Below, piece by piece: positions 50,929 through 61,700 of a stretch of DNA of 64,000 bases. The translations under genes and the position numbers were made by a program. Positions within the stretch are counted from its first letter, which is position 1, and each line of letters starts with the position of its first letter. The DNA is from Octopus vulgaris (lineage: Eukaryota), in the NCBI GenBank assembly GCA_951406725.2, contig OX597817.1:72726001-72790000 (forward strand), written 5' to 3'. The notes under the pieces were generated by a model. That model was not told where the DNA came from. It did no database searches and saw only the letters and a list, made by a program, of their open reading frames with translations.

Positions 50929-53664
50929 TTCCGGCAGCCGGGGGTGTTTGTCTCCCCTTCGTATATGTATATAAGGACACAGGGAAAAAATGTGTCAAAG
51001 CTATCAGGAGGGTTTGATGCTTCCTGGGCTATACAGTGGTGGTGTACCCCTACTGTCACGTTCTTGTTAGATTGACAGTATACAACCATTCTATCGCCCA
51101 CCACTGTACATGTCTCTACGAGAGATTTAGAAATTCAATATTTCTATATATATATATATATATATGACAAGTTTCTTTCAGTTTCCATTTACCAAATCAC
51201 CTCACATGGCTTTCATTTCTCCAGAGCTATAGTACAAAACACTTGTCCAAGCTGGCAAGACTATATGGTTGGGAAGCAAGTTGTGAGGCTAAAATTTAGG
51301 GCAAGTGTTGGAACATTACCTAGTTTCATTGTGGTGATATGGGTTATGTAAGCAAGATCTATATTTCTATTTATTTTTACTATTCAGTATTCTTTAAGAA
51401 AGAAAAAAAAGATGCTATACAATTTATGTGAGTACTAAAGTACTATGTAGCTTTTGTGTTCTTTTATTGTCAGATCTTTACCACAAGCTGACACATACAC
51501 CAATACATCATATAATAAACATAGTTCACAACCTATTAAAGATGTATGCAGTTAGGTTATTGGGCTCACAATCTTTAGGTCATAGGTTCTATTTTCAGAC
51601 TGGTGGCATATAGTGTCCTTGAGCAAGGTATTTCATTTCACATTGCACCAGTCCACTCAGCTGAAAATGAGTACCAATAGCAGGTAGCAGTTGTATATTA
51701 ATTTTGCATCAGACTGGTGAAGTCTTATACAGGGAGGAGCCATATATTCTCAATTTCCTAAATAACTTGGAAACACAGATTAGCCCTGACTTCATAAATC
51801 TGTTAGCTCAAGGTAGAATTTTGGTACACAATCTGAAAACAGGGTATATATACTTTGGTAATGTCAGGGTTAATAATGGTGATGGATGACAAAATCAGTA
51901 GAATAGCTGACAACATTCCTCACAGTATTCATATAGTTTTATATGTAACTTTTTAGATTACTCAGAAGGTTGAATAGGTGCAGCAGCCTTCTAAGACTGA
52001 TAATTGATTTTGCTGATACCAACCCAGCCTGCTCATCAATAGGAAAATGTGGGTGGAGAGTTTTGTCCAAATATTTGCAAGAACTTAGCAAAAGGCAACT
52101 AGGGATCAAACAGTAGGGCTAAACACCAGTTTTTTTACTTCTTTTTTTTTTTCTTGATTTAATCAAAAAAGGAAGGGTGTTATCTGTGATACTTTTCAGA
52201 GCCACTAAGAGTAGTTGGAGGAAATCAATCTCAAACTGAAGACCTGGCCTGCATTATTCTTGCAGCAGAGTGAACTCAGCTAAGTGTCGGAGGGCAATAG
52301 TAAATAGGGAAAACTGATAAGTTTACCATCCAGAAACTACGAATGGTCCCTCCTGTAGACTTCCATCCAGTTTCCATCTACCAAACTCCATGCATTAAAA
52401 ATGGTTGAAGACACTTGCTCAAGATATCATGCAGAGGAATTGAATCCAAAACCATATAATTTCAAAGAAGAATTATTAATAAGACCATACCTATGTCAAT
52501 TTTAATCTTACAGCTCTGAGTTCAACTCACATTGTAGTTGAATTTGCCTTACTTTCCTTTTTTCTTTTTTTTAATCAATGTAATTAGTACTAGATACTTA
52601 ATTAGGTTGATTTTCCCACAAAATCACATTATCTTACAACAATGTTAAAAACCAATCTATGAGCAGTCAAGATTAAAAGATATAAAGCAACATCAGGTTA
52701 CCAAAGTTTAACTCTTTGTTTTCACTTGTGACACTTTCCAAGGAATGAGAGAAAGACAATGTGAGAATTGTTAACAATTTGGACAAGAGACAAGAAAAAG
52801 TGTGTGAGAGAGAGAGATATTAGCTTAGTCTAGAACTGAAGCTGTATCACAAACTCAGCTTTCTAGGAGCTTACCACTATATGACAGCAGGAATAAGCTC
52901 TTAGATATTAGTACATTGAAATTACAATCTCACAATCACCAAGCACATGCTCTCTCTCTCTCTTTCGCGATTTTAATCCTGATATCACAGCTGCACTAAG
53001 TATGCTTTTCTTTGCAGAATTAATCCTTTTGCTGTATTACATAATTTATGCCACATGCTCATTGTTAAATTACCAACCACCAGCTGAGGATAACCAAATA
53101 AATATAACCCAACAAAAGAGATGCTATACAGTCACTCAGTTTGTTAGAAATGACAACCAAAATCTTCTTCAATCCATACTCTCCAATACCTTACGAAAAG
53201 GACACATTGCAAAATGTAGTCTTAGATACACCATGCCTAAAAATGATGGGGTGATAACAGTGGCTGGAATGTCTGTTTTATCAAAGTTGACCTGGGGTTA
53301 AACAACAACAATCAATGTTTGTTTTACCTCAACTATGATCATTATTAAAAGTGATTTATTTATCAGGGCAACCTATTTTTTGAGTAAGGTTGTTCCAACT
53401 AGAACAAGCAACAAACCTCTGAGTATCATTAATACAACCATCTGAAAACAGTACAAAATCATCATGCTCCAAAACTTCTTGACACACCTAGAATTCTACT
53501 AATGTTGTATAAGGACATTGAAACAGACCGCCTTATGTCTACAAGCCGATTTCAATTCAGTGCACCATCCTTCTTCATTTGGGATGAATCCAACATAGAG
53601 TTGATAGCTATCTATCAATAAAGTATAATGATATTGAAATACTCGAGATTGTGAATCTTTTCTA

Positions 53665-54000
53665 TTCTAGACACAAAGCCCGAAATTCTTTGGGAAGGGG
53701 CCAGTCGATTAGATCGAACCCAGCTGGTACTTACTTTATGCAACTGGTACTTATTTTATTGAGCCCGAAAGGATGAAAAGCAAAGCTGACCTCGGTGGAA
53801 TTTGAACTCAGAATGTAAAGACAGAAGAAATAGACACAAAGCCCGAAATTTTAGGGGAGGGGGCCAGTCGATTAAATTGACCCCAACAGGTACTTAATTT
53901 ATGCAACTGGTACTTAATTTATCGACCCTGAAAGGACGAAAAGCAAAGCTGACCTCAGAATGTAAAGACAGAAGAAATACTGCTAAGCATTGCCACCTTA
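53665..54000 (-). mobile_element. SINE family B, two tandem partial copies
   Basis: tagacacaaagcccgaaatt...cagaatgtaaagacagaagaaata occurs twice. Confidence 0.75.
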
Positions 54001-54957
54001 CTCAAGATTGTGAATGAGTACACTAAGACTAATTAGGGTGTGATAGAATCCTAGTTCTTGTCATAACTTTTATCTAGAAAAGGAGCAAATGAGCCTTCTT
54101 AGACATGGTGGTTATTTTTTTAATTTTTTCTCTCGTTTCAATCATTAGACTGTTGCCATGCTGGAGCACTGCCTTAAAGAGTTTTAGTCAGACAAATTGA
54201 TCATAGTACTTTTATTTATTTTTTTTTGCCTGGTACTTATTATATCAGACCACTAAGTTATAGGGGTGTAAACAAACCGACACCGGTTGTCAAGCAGTGG
54301 AAGGGGACAAAGACACACACGCACACATACACACACACACGAACATACATGATGGGCTTCTTTTGTTTTCTATCTACCAAATCCACTCAACTAGCTTTGG
54401 TTGGCCCAGGGCTATAACAGAAAATACTTCGCAAAGATTCCTTGCAGTGGATTGAACCCAGAACCATGTGGTTGCAAAGCAAACTTCTCACCACACAGCC
54501 ATCTGTCAGAACAACTATCTATAAAAGAAGTAAACATGGTTCCTTAGATGTGGTATTATTGGAAACAATCTTGAAGACAAAACACTAGGAATTTAAACCC
54601 ATTCTGTCTTGTGGATCTTTTTGTTTTAGGAAGGACTAAAAGGATACACTGATATGAAACCTGAGAATTTAGTATCGTCCAGTTGTCTCATATCTTTATT
54701 GTACTACAGGAATTGTATGCAGTGCATGCTTGATTTACTATAAACAAATTCACAGAGGCATATCTTTTTGTAGTGTCATTGTCATGCAATTTTCACCTAT
54801 AGTGTGGTTATTGTCAAGTCTTTTGACAATAGATGTTTTTTTTCTTTTTCTGTGACATGTACAAGCTTAACAGATTAAGTATGTAATCAACATCTCATAC
54901 ATGGATAAGAACTTATCTATATCCCTTTAGTATCTACAAGAGGACATTAAGGAAAAC

Positions 54958-57600
54958 TACTCTTGGGTCCCAAAATAATAGCCAGGGCTGGAAAAAGCAG
55001 GTGGGTGGGACATTTGCTTAAATTCATATAAACGGGTGGGCTGGAATAAACAGGGGCGGGGTGGAAAATCTGTAATTGTGTAGCGGTAGCTATATAAAAT
55101 CTTAAAATGTTCTAGTTTCTCTCCCTTGATTTTTTTTTTAAACCAAATAATAGGGGGTGTTGCAATAAGCGGGTGGGCTGGATATTTATTTAAATTCATA
55201 TAAGTGGGTTGCAGTAAACGGGGGTGGGTGGGAATCAGTAACTGTATAGTGTAAGTGCAAAAATTAGGAAAAAGGATCTTACAGCACATATGACAACACG
55301 AGGTAAAAGAAATGAACAAGAGGGAAGTGAAATTAGCACATACGTATGCATCACTTTAGTTAAGATATACATTTGGATAATAAAAATAAGACATTTGTTA
55401 ATTATGGTAATGATGGGATTCTTTCTAAATGCTGTGGACTAAACAGATATTGATGCAAGCAACACATCTTAGAAAGAAATGTAAAACACAATGCAAAGAG
55501 TATAATTACTGTTTTGTGAACTTGCAGTATTTATCAAACTTTAGATAATAAAACATAGCACTCCTTAAATAGGTATAAATGATAAACTCATGATTTTTCA
55601 TCACTGTCCTTCTGCAGGTTTCTTGTTTCAATATTCACATCTTTATGGATCACTGACAGTTGACATGAGTATTTTTTCAAGGAACAGGGCATCTTTATTA
55701 ACTTGATCATCACTGCTGATTCCTACAAGAGAGATAGAGCATCCCCTCATCATGTTTGGCCGACTGTGCTTTGGCTCCTGTGAAACCTCCATGAGGATTT
55801 CTCCAGATGGGTCAATCACCTCCAAAAGATTCCCAGGTGGCTTGCTTTCATCTTCTCACTCACTTTTGGCAGCTTTTTCAAACTCTCACATTGATGAACC
55901 AATGAGGTGCATGATTCATTCTGACACCTTATAATCTTCAGAGCCGTCAAAAGCATTTGTGGCCTACATCGACTTGAAAGCAGCTTCGACATCAATCTTG
56001 CAATCTTCATGTGCTTGATGTAGCATCTGCATCATCTCAGATTGATTGGGTATTTTATTCAGAGTTTGAATTATTTTTCTAGCATCTTTGCTTTCTCTAT
56101 TTCACAATATTTTGCTTTCAGTTGTTTGTGCAAGTGTATGCCATTAACTTGAACAAATCCAGTGATACTACCTCTGATGATGACTAACACATAACCCCTT
56201 TTCCAGCAGGTGTCTCTCACCTTTGGCATCAAATGTACCATGAAATCATCAAGCACATAAATGGCAAAGTTTGCATGTGAAAACATATTGAATCGGTTTG
56301 GAAAGTTTCCAACAGTACAAAGCAGCTGTTTTAATTTATAAGCACCTTTAGGAGACTGCTGATATTTCTTTGAAGGTGAGGCATTCCGTAGTGATGGTCT
56401 TTTTCCAGTTCCTTTAAATACAAACTCTGGAATAAGATTGATTTTGGTATCATTGCTAACCTGGGTGGACATTGTGATAAGTTCTTTAGACAAATAGTGG
56501 TTTTCTTCGACGAATGTATCTTGATTTCTGAATGATAAGGTAGGTTGTCCACTACTTTCATTCCGGTGCAAGGGCATTTGATCTCCATTGATAATAGAAG
56601 GATCCACACCAATTTTGTCAAGGAAATAACGACACACACTCCATATCTTCTGCGGGATGACGTCAGCAGCTGGGGAGCTGGCCAGAACTTGGGGCTGACT
56701 GGAAGAGGAAGGAGCAGGAGTGACGCGCACACAGGCAGGGCAGCATTGGGCCTTTTCGATCGAGGTAGCCGAGCAAGTCAGATGTGTGAGCTCATTGTTA
56801 AGGTAGGGGAAAAGCAGCTGCTATTTCTAGTGTTCGGGGCAGGCCGCGTGGAAGGGTGCATTACCACTGAAGAGGTCTCTGTCAACGAAAAGAAGGTAGG
56901 TGTTCTTATTTCAAATCTCCCGCATACACCACATCTTCTTCAAATAATCCTGAATGCGCTCAACACATTGCTCTTTGAGGATTGATATGGGTTTGTTTAC
57001 AAATTTACAATAGGACAAAATTTATATTATTTACTCTCAACTGAAGCAAGGTTCTATAACCCCATACTCTTTTTGTCAACCTTTCATCCAGCTTTTTGAA
57101 AAACAAAGCTTTTCCTCAGTTGGTGTGTCTGGGTGTTGGCAAATCCACTCCTCATGAAATTTCTCAGCCTGTAATAGAAAAAGAGCTTGTGATAATCTCA
57201 CATGTAGCGATGTTCTAACATCCACAAACCATTCAAACAAGGCATCTCTCATACCTGGTGCTTTTGTTTTACTACCTCCTCCAGCAACTCTAAAATGTTT
57301 CTTTGGATTTTTTTCAACACTGTCGAGTTTGCCTTTCAGATATTTTTCAGAGCAGCATTTAGCTACATTAACAGCAGAATCAAATAGTCAATCAGAGTTT
57401 TTGACACCAGCCAAATTTGAGTAAACCAAACGAACTGCTTTGGTGAGATATCGCTGTTTTGGGGTGCCAAGGACATGGCATTTCCTTTTAGTATCCCAAT
57501 GAGTTTTCCCTTTCATTTGCTCTAATTTAGAATCATACCTGTATCTTATATGTTTTTTCATACAGAATTCAAAAATAATGTCAAATTATCTGTACTAAGT
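54958..57600 (-). mobile_element. Decayed DDE DNA transposon (pogo-like) with G-rich subterminal repeats
   Basis: IINGDQMPLHRNE, YVLDDFMVHL and GSITGFVQVNGIHLHKQLKAKY resemble pogo DDE motifs. Upstream LFEWFVDVRT fits an HTH region. aa(a/g)cgggtggg-type repeats at 54995-55235. Confidence 0.7.
56651..56924. mobile_element. 274-bp GC-rich insertion with TGCGGGA...TCCCGCA termini (solo-LTR or MITE-like)
   Basis: It interrupts the transposase between ...DYLKKMW and KIWSVCRYF. Flanks contain ccatatcttc and ccacatcttc. Confidence 0.6.
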
Positions 57601-57814
57601 TCACATATTCCATTCACCTTTATAATACCAAGAAATTGTATAAACATCACAACTTTTGCTATACATGAAAAATATGTAAAATATTAAGACAATTGGTGAA
57701 AAATATCTATAATAAAATTCTAATTGATAAACATAAATTTTTATTAAAACAAAACACGCGAGGAAGTGGAAGAAAGGGTGGAAGATGAGGAATGGGAGGA
57801 GGAGGAAGGGGAAG

Positions 57815-58113
57815 GGGTGAGTGGGACTTCCTGGAAAATTCAGAGGAAGGGTGAGTGGGAATTCCTGGGAAATTTCAAGGAGGGGGAGAAGGACTTCCTG
57901 GAAAAGTCTGATGTTGGGGAGTATTTCTTTGAAAATTCCAAGGAGGGTGAGTGTGACTTCCTGGAAGATTTTCAAGGAGGGGGTGAAGGACTTCCTGGAA
58001 AAGTACGAAGGTGAGGGTGAGTGGGACTTCCTGGGAAAGTCCGTGGAGGGGTAAGTACTTCCTGGAAAATTCCGAGGAGGAGAACGGGAGGAAGGACTTT
58101 TTGGAAAATTCCA
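57815..58113. repeat. ~33-bp-period minisatellite, about nine units, core ggACTTCCTGGAAAa
   Basis: The core recurs at roughly 33-nt spacing with purine-rich linkers. Confidence 0.85.
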
Positions 58114-59509
58114 AGTATGTCACACCACGTTTTTGGCCTTGTCTGTTATCCCAATGAGTATCATATCTCTTACTTTGATACTGTTCATAGCTTGTGCTCT
58201 TGAAAATGAGAAAATACTGGTTGAGGCAAATGTATTCCAACTTTTTCAAATGCTTGCCCTTGAGCCTTATTAATTGTCATTGGATATGCAAGTCTAAGTG
58301 GAAACTAAAGTCTGTTTAGTGTGAATGGAAAATTTGCATCACTTGGGGTAAGTTTAATTCTGGGATTTTTTTTTCCATTTCTTCTGGCGTGCAGTTGTTG
58401 AAAATTTCTGAGTACAAATGAACAAATTGAAATGCAAAAGAACAAAATAATAAATGGATTTATGAATGAAAGTTTGGTAATTGCGTTTATTTCCACCACA
58501 CGACACTTATTGCAAACATGGACTTGAATGTAAAAATAATATAAATCATAGGTTTGTTCGTTCCATCAGGTTCCACAAAGTTAATAGAAGGGAGATAACT
58601 ATTAAAACATTCGACACTATGTAAAGGGAAATAACTTCCACACAAAATATCGAAAGTTTTGTTTGGTTTTTTTTCATCGAAATAGGCAGTAAATTAACAG
58701 TTGCTTGTTCGATCGTCCTCTACGTTATTGTATTCACGGGAATACTGATTCAACCTTTTTATTATAGTTCAGCGTCATTTACCATCCTTTCATCTGTATT
58801 TCTCCTATTTCCTGTCGAACCTCTTTGCTGCTACCATTCATTGACTTGCAAATTGGTGGAAGATTGTTATTCCTAAATTTGAGCTTGCTGCAATACGGTG
58901 TGGTGGACAGTGACAATTAGTATGGGGCGTTAAGTGGTATTATAGGTATACTATGAGTTCTTATAAACACTGTAGATCATCATCTGAATGCTTACAAGAA
59001 CGGAAAAAATTGTTGATAGTAATCATTGGTTAGTTAGGCGTCAATGTCCAGTGAGTTTTGAGAAATGGTGCACTAAATTAAGACTGAATTAAGACTTCCA
59101 GCTTTCGCTAACTATATTTACTTCGTGTAGATGAAGTAAAATATAGTTAGTGTTCTACTTGAATGATTAAAATGTTGTGACAAAATTTACGTTATAAATT
59201 AACAACAATACGTTGTCACCAGTGGCTCGGGAACAGGATTTGCTTAGTGGGGTGCAAACCCAGGTCAAAATCTTTTGATGAACAAGGTGGATTTTTCCAA
59301 TCTTGATATCAAAACACACACACACACACCCATACGCAGGATTTGACTGAAAGTGGCAAGCCGGAGCGCTGTACTCGGTTTCAGCCTGATTTATATATAC
59401 ACACACATATATAATGAATATACACGTATTCGGCATTGATATAAAAGATTGTGGTCAGTGGTGCCTTTGGGAATAATTACTGAAAACTGCCGTCTCGTAG
59501 AATGTTCTC

Positions 59510-59716
59510 TTCTACACGAGGCACAAGGCCCGAAAGATTTTGGGAGGGGACCAGACGATTAGATCGACCTCGGTACGCAACTGGTACTTAATTTATCGAC
59601 CCCGAGGATGAAAGGCAAAGTCGACCTCGGCGGAATTTGAACTCAGAACGTAATGGCAGACGAAATACCACTAAGCATTTCGACCGGTTTGCTAAAGTCT
59701 TTGCCAGCTCATCGCT
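59510..59716 (-). mobile_element. SINE family B, CpG-intact copy
   Basis: gatgaaaggcaaagtcgacctcggcggaatttgaactcagaacg. Confidence 0.8.
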
Positions 59717-60250
59717 TTCTGTCTGGTACAGTATTGAAGCAAAATGAATCACACATCAGCTCACACAGACACACACATATATACACGTGCACGTGTATGC
59801 GTGTACTCATATCCTTTTAATGATAGTACTGCAGCCATTCTGGAGCACCGCCTTAATGTATTTTTCTATTAGGCTTTGTTGTTGCTTCTTGACTGGAAGG
59901 TGGTCTATGATTGAGTTTTCCAGCAGCTGTTCTCCTCTGAATGCATCATCCTTGAATGGTTGACTTCTAAGATATCGTTAAGATACCAATAAGTTTTTGG
60001 AAGGTTTTTTAAATGTTTCAGTAGAAGTCTTTTTTATATTTCTTTTAATTTTGATAGGTAGTTGAACAGCTGAGGGAACTCTAAATGTCAGATTGTTACA
60101 ATAGAGTATTTTACCCCATGATTTTGAACGTAGTATATTTGCAAGCTTTGAGTATATAAATGTTTGTGCATTAAAAATCTCTCTAGTGCTGAAGTTTGGA
60201 ATATGTCCCTCCACAGTTCTATATTTAAGAGATGAGGAATTATATACATT

Positions 60251-60627
60251 ACTCTTTACTCTTTTACATGTTTCAGTCATTTGACTGCGGCCATGCTGGC
60301 GCACCGCCTTTAATCGAGCAACTCGACCCGGGACTTATTCTTTTGTAAGCCCAGTACTTATTCTATCGGTCTCTTTTGCCGAACCGCTAAGTAACGGGGA
60401 CATAAACACACCAGCATCGGTTGTCAAGCAATGCTAGGGGGACAAACACACACGCGCATATATACGACGGGCTTCTTTCAGTTTCCGTCTACCAAATCCA
60501 CTCACAAGGCTTTGGTCGGCCCGAGGCTATAGTAGAAGACACTTGCCCAAGGTGCCGCACAGTGGGACTGAACCCGGAACCATGTGGTTGGTAAACAAGC
60601 TACTTACCTCACAGCCACTCCTGCGCC
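60251..60627 (-). mobile_element. tRNA-derived SINE family A, complete copy nested in the hammerhead-SINE tail
   Basis: Head ggcgcaggagtggctgtgaggtaag, tail gtaaaagagtaaagagt. The host sequence resumes on both sides. Confidence 0.88.
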
Positions 60628-60672
60628 TATATTTACATTCGATGGATAATTGTCCGCATCTTGTTTGTTGTT

Positions 60673-60718
60673 AACACAACGTTTCGGCTGATATACCCTC
60701 CAGCCTTCTTCAGGTGTC
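60673..60718 (-). ncRNA. Minimal type I hammerhead ribozyme, intact core
   Basis: Minus strand gacac CTGAAGA a ggctg-gagggtatat-cagcc GAAAC GTT gtgtt. Confidence 0.75.
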
Positions 60719-61266
60719 TTGGGGAAATTTCGAACCTGGGTTCTCATTCCTAAGGTATTTTTCGATGTTGTTGTTGCAATAAAAGATATAACTGGTACAT
60801 ATTATATAGCGTAATATTTAGTAAACAACAAATGGGTAGTTCAAAACATCACTACATTTCTTTCAATAACGGAGTTTATTTCAAATAAAATCCATTACAT
60901 AGGTTATTTGTGGAGGCGCGTGGCTTAGTGGTTAGGGTGTCAGCATTATGATCATAAGATTGTGGTTTCGATTCCTGGACCGGGCGACGCGTTGTGTTCT
61001 TGAGCAAAAACTTCATTTCATGTTGCTCCATTCCACTCAGTTGGCAGAAATGAGTAACGCTGCGATGGACTTGCGTCCCATCCAGCTGGGGAACACATAC
61101 ACCATAGAAACCGGGAAACCAGGCCCATGAGTTTGGATAGGATTTAAAAAAGGGTGCATTTATTTATTTTTTACATAGCTTATTAAGATAACATTGCGTA
61201 AATTCATATTGTTATATAACTATTCCATTTCTTCGGGTGATATTCTGCCAAATATTTTGGCAGAAA

Positions 61267-61700
61267 TACGAGGTGTATTCTAGATGCTTTTTAGACTTTC
61301 TTAGGAGAGGTAGTTATAAGTTCTCTAGATTATTGTAATTTTAGTATATCATTACTACACATTTAATAAGCTGACCTGCCAACGTTTGTTATTCCAGATG
61401 GAAGGAGACGGCTCCCTACAAAACAATGCTTGTCATACCTGACTAGTTTGCAGAATGCAGTTGTGATGTGAAGACAAGCCTGCTATGCATTTTATGTTAA
61501 ACTGCATAAAATCGGTACAGAAACTTATGGATTAACTTGTATGAGGCGAGCATCTGCTTTTCGATGGCACAAAAAGTTCAAGGATGAGAAGTGTAGGAGG
61601 GAGAGGGACATCAGAACACCTGATATAGTTGAGAAAATTTGCAATTTTCTAGATGAAAACCATCGCGTATCCATAAAGACAAAAAGCATACAGCAACCGT
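61267..61700 (+). mobile_element. Mariner 5' fragment
   Basis: Starts with a tacgaggtgt TIR-like end. KLHKIGTETY...RASAFRWHKKFKD...PDIVEKICNFLDENHRVSIK resembles the mariner HTH region. Confidence 0.7.

Larger units (their letters stand above)
46725..51144 (-). mobile_element. Composite element: hammerhead-containing ~360-nt repeat (retrozyme/pLTR-like) carrying two tandem ORF1-only cassettes
   Basis: 46725-46971 is the reverse complement of ~50849-51094. Two ~1.75-kb direct repeats lie inside. (TA)n on both flanks. Confidence 0.85.

Noticed and set aside
46725-51144. DIRS-type element (inverted termini, internal complementary region, gag-like ORF) or LTR retrotransposon
   Set aside because: No RT/RNase H, tyrosine recombinase or integrase. 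The repeats are explained by a hammerhead monomer with a 5' inversion, and the knuckle context resembles LINE ORF1. Not fully excluded without a search.
56071-56730. 219-aa ORF as a genuine gene
   Set aside because: It is a chimera of the 274-bp insertion and a decayed transposase.
57815-58113. CRISPR-like repeat-spacer array
   Set aside because: Eukaryotic context, degenerate repeats, linkers related to each other, no cas genes.
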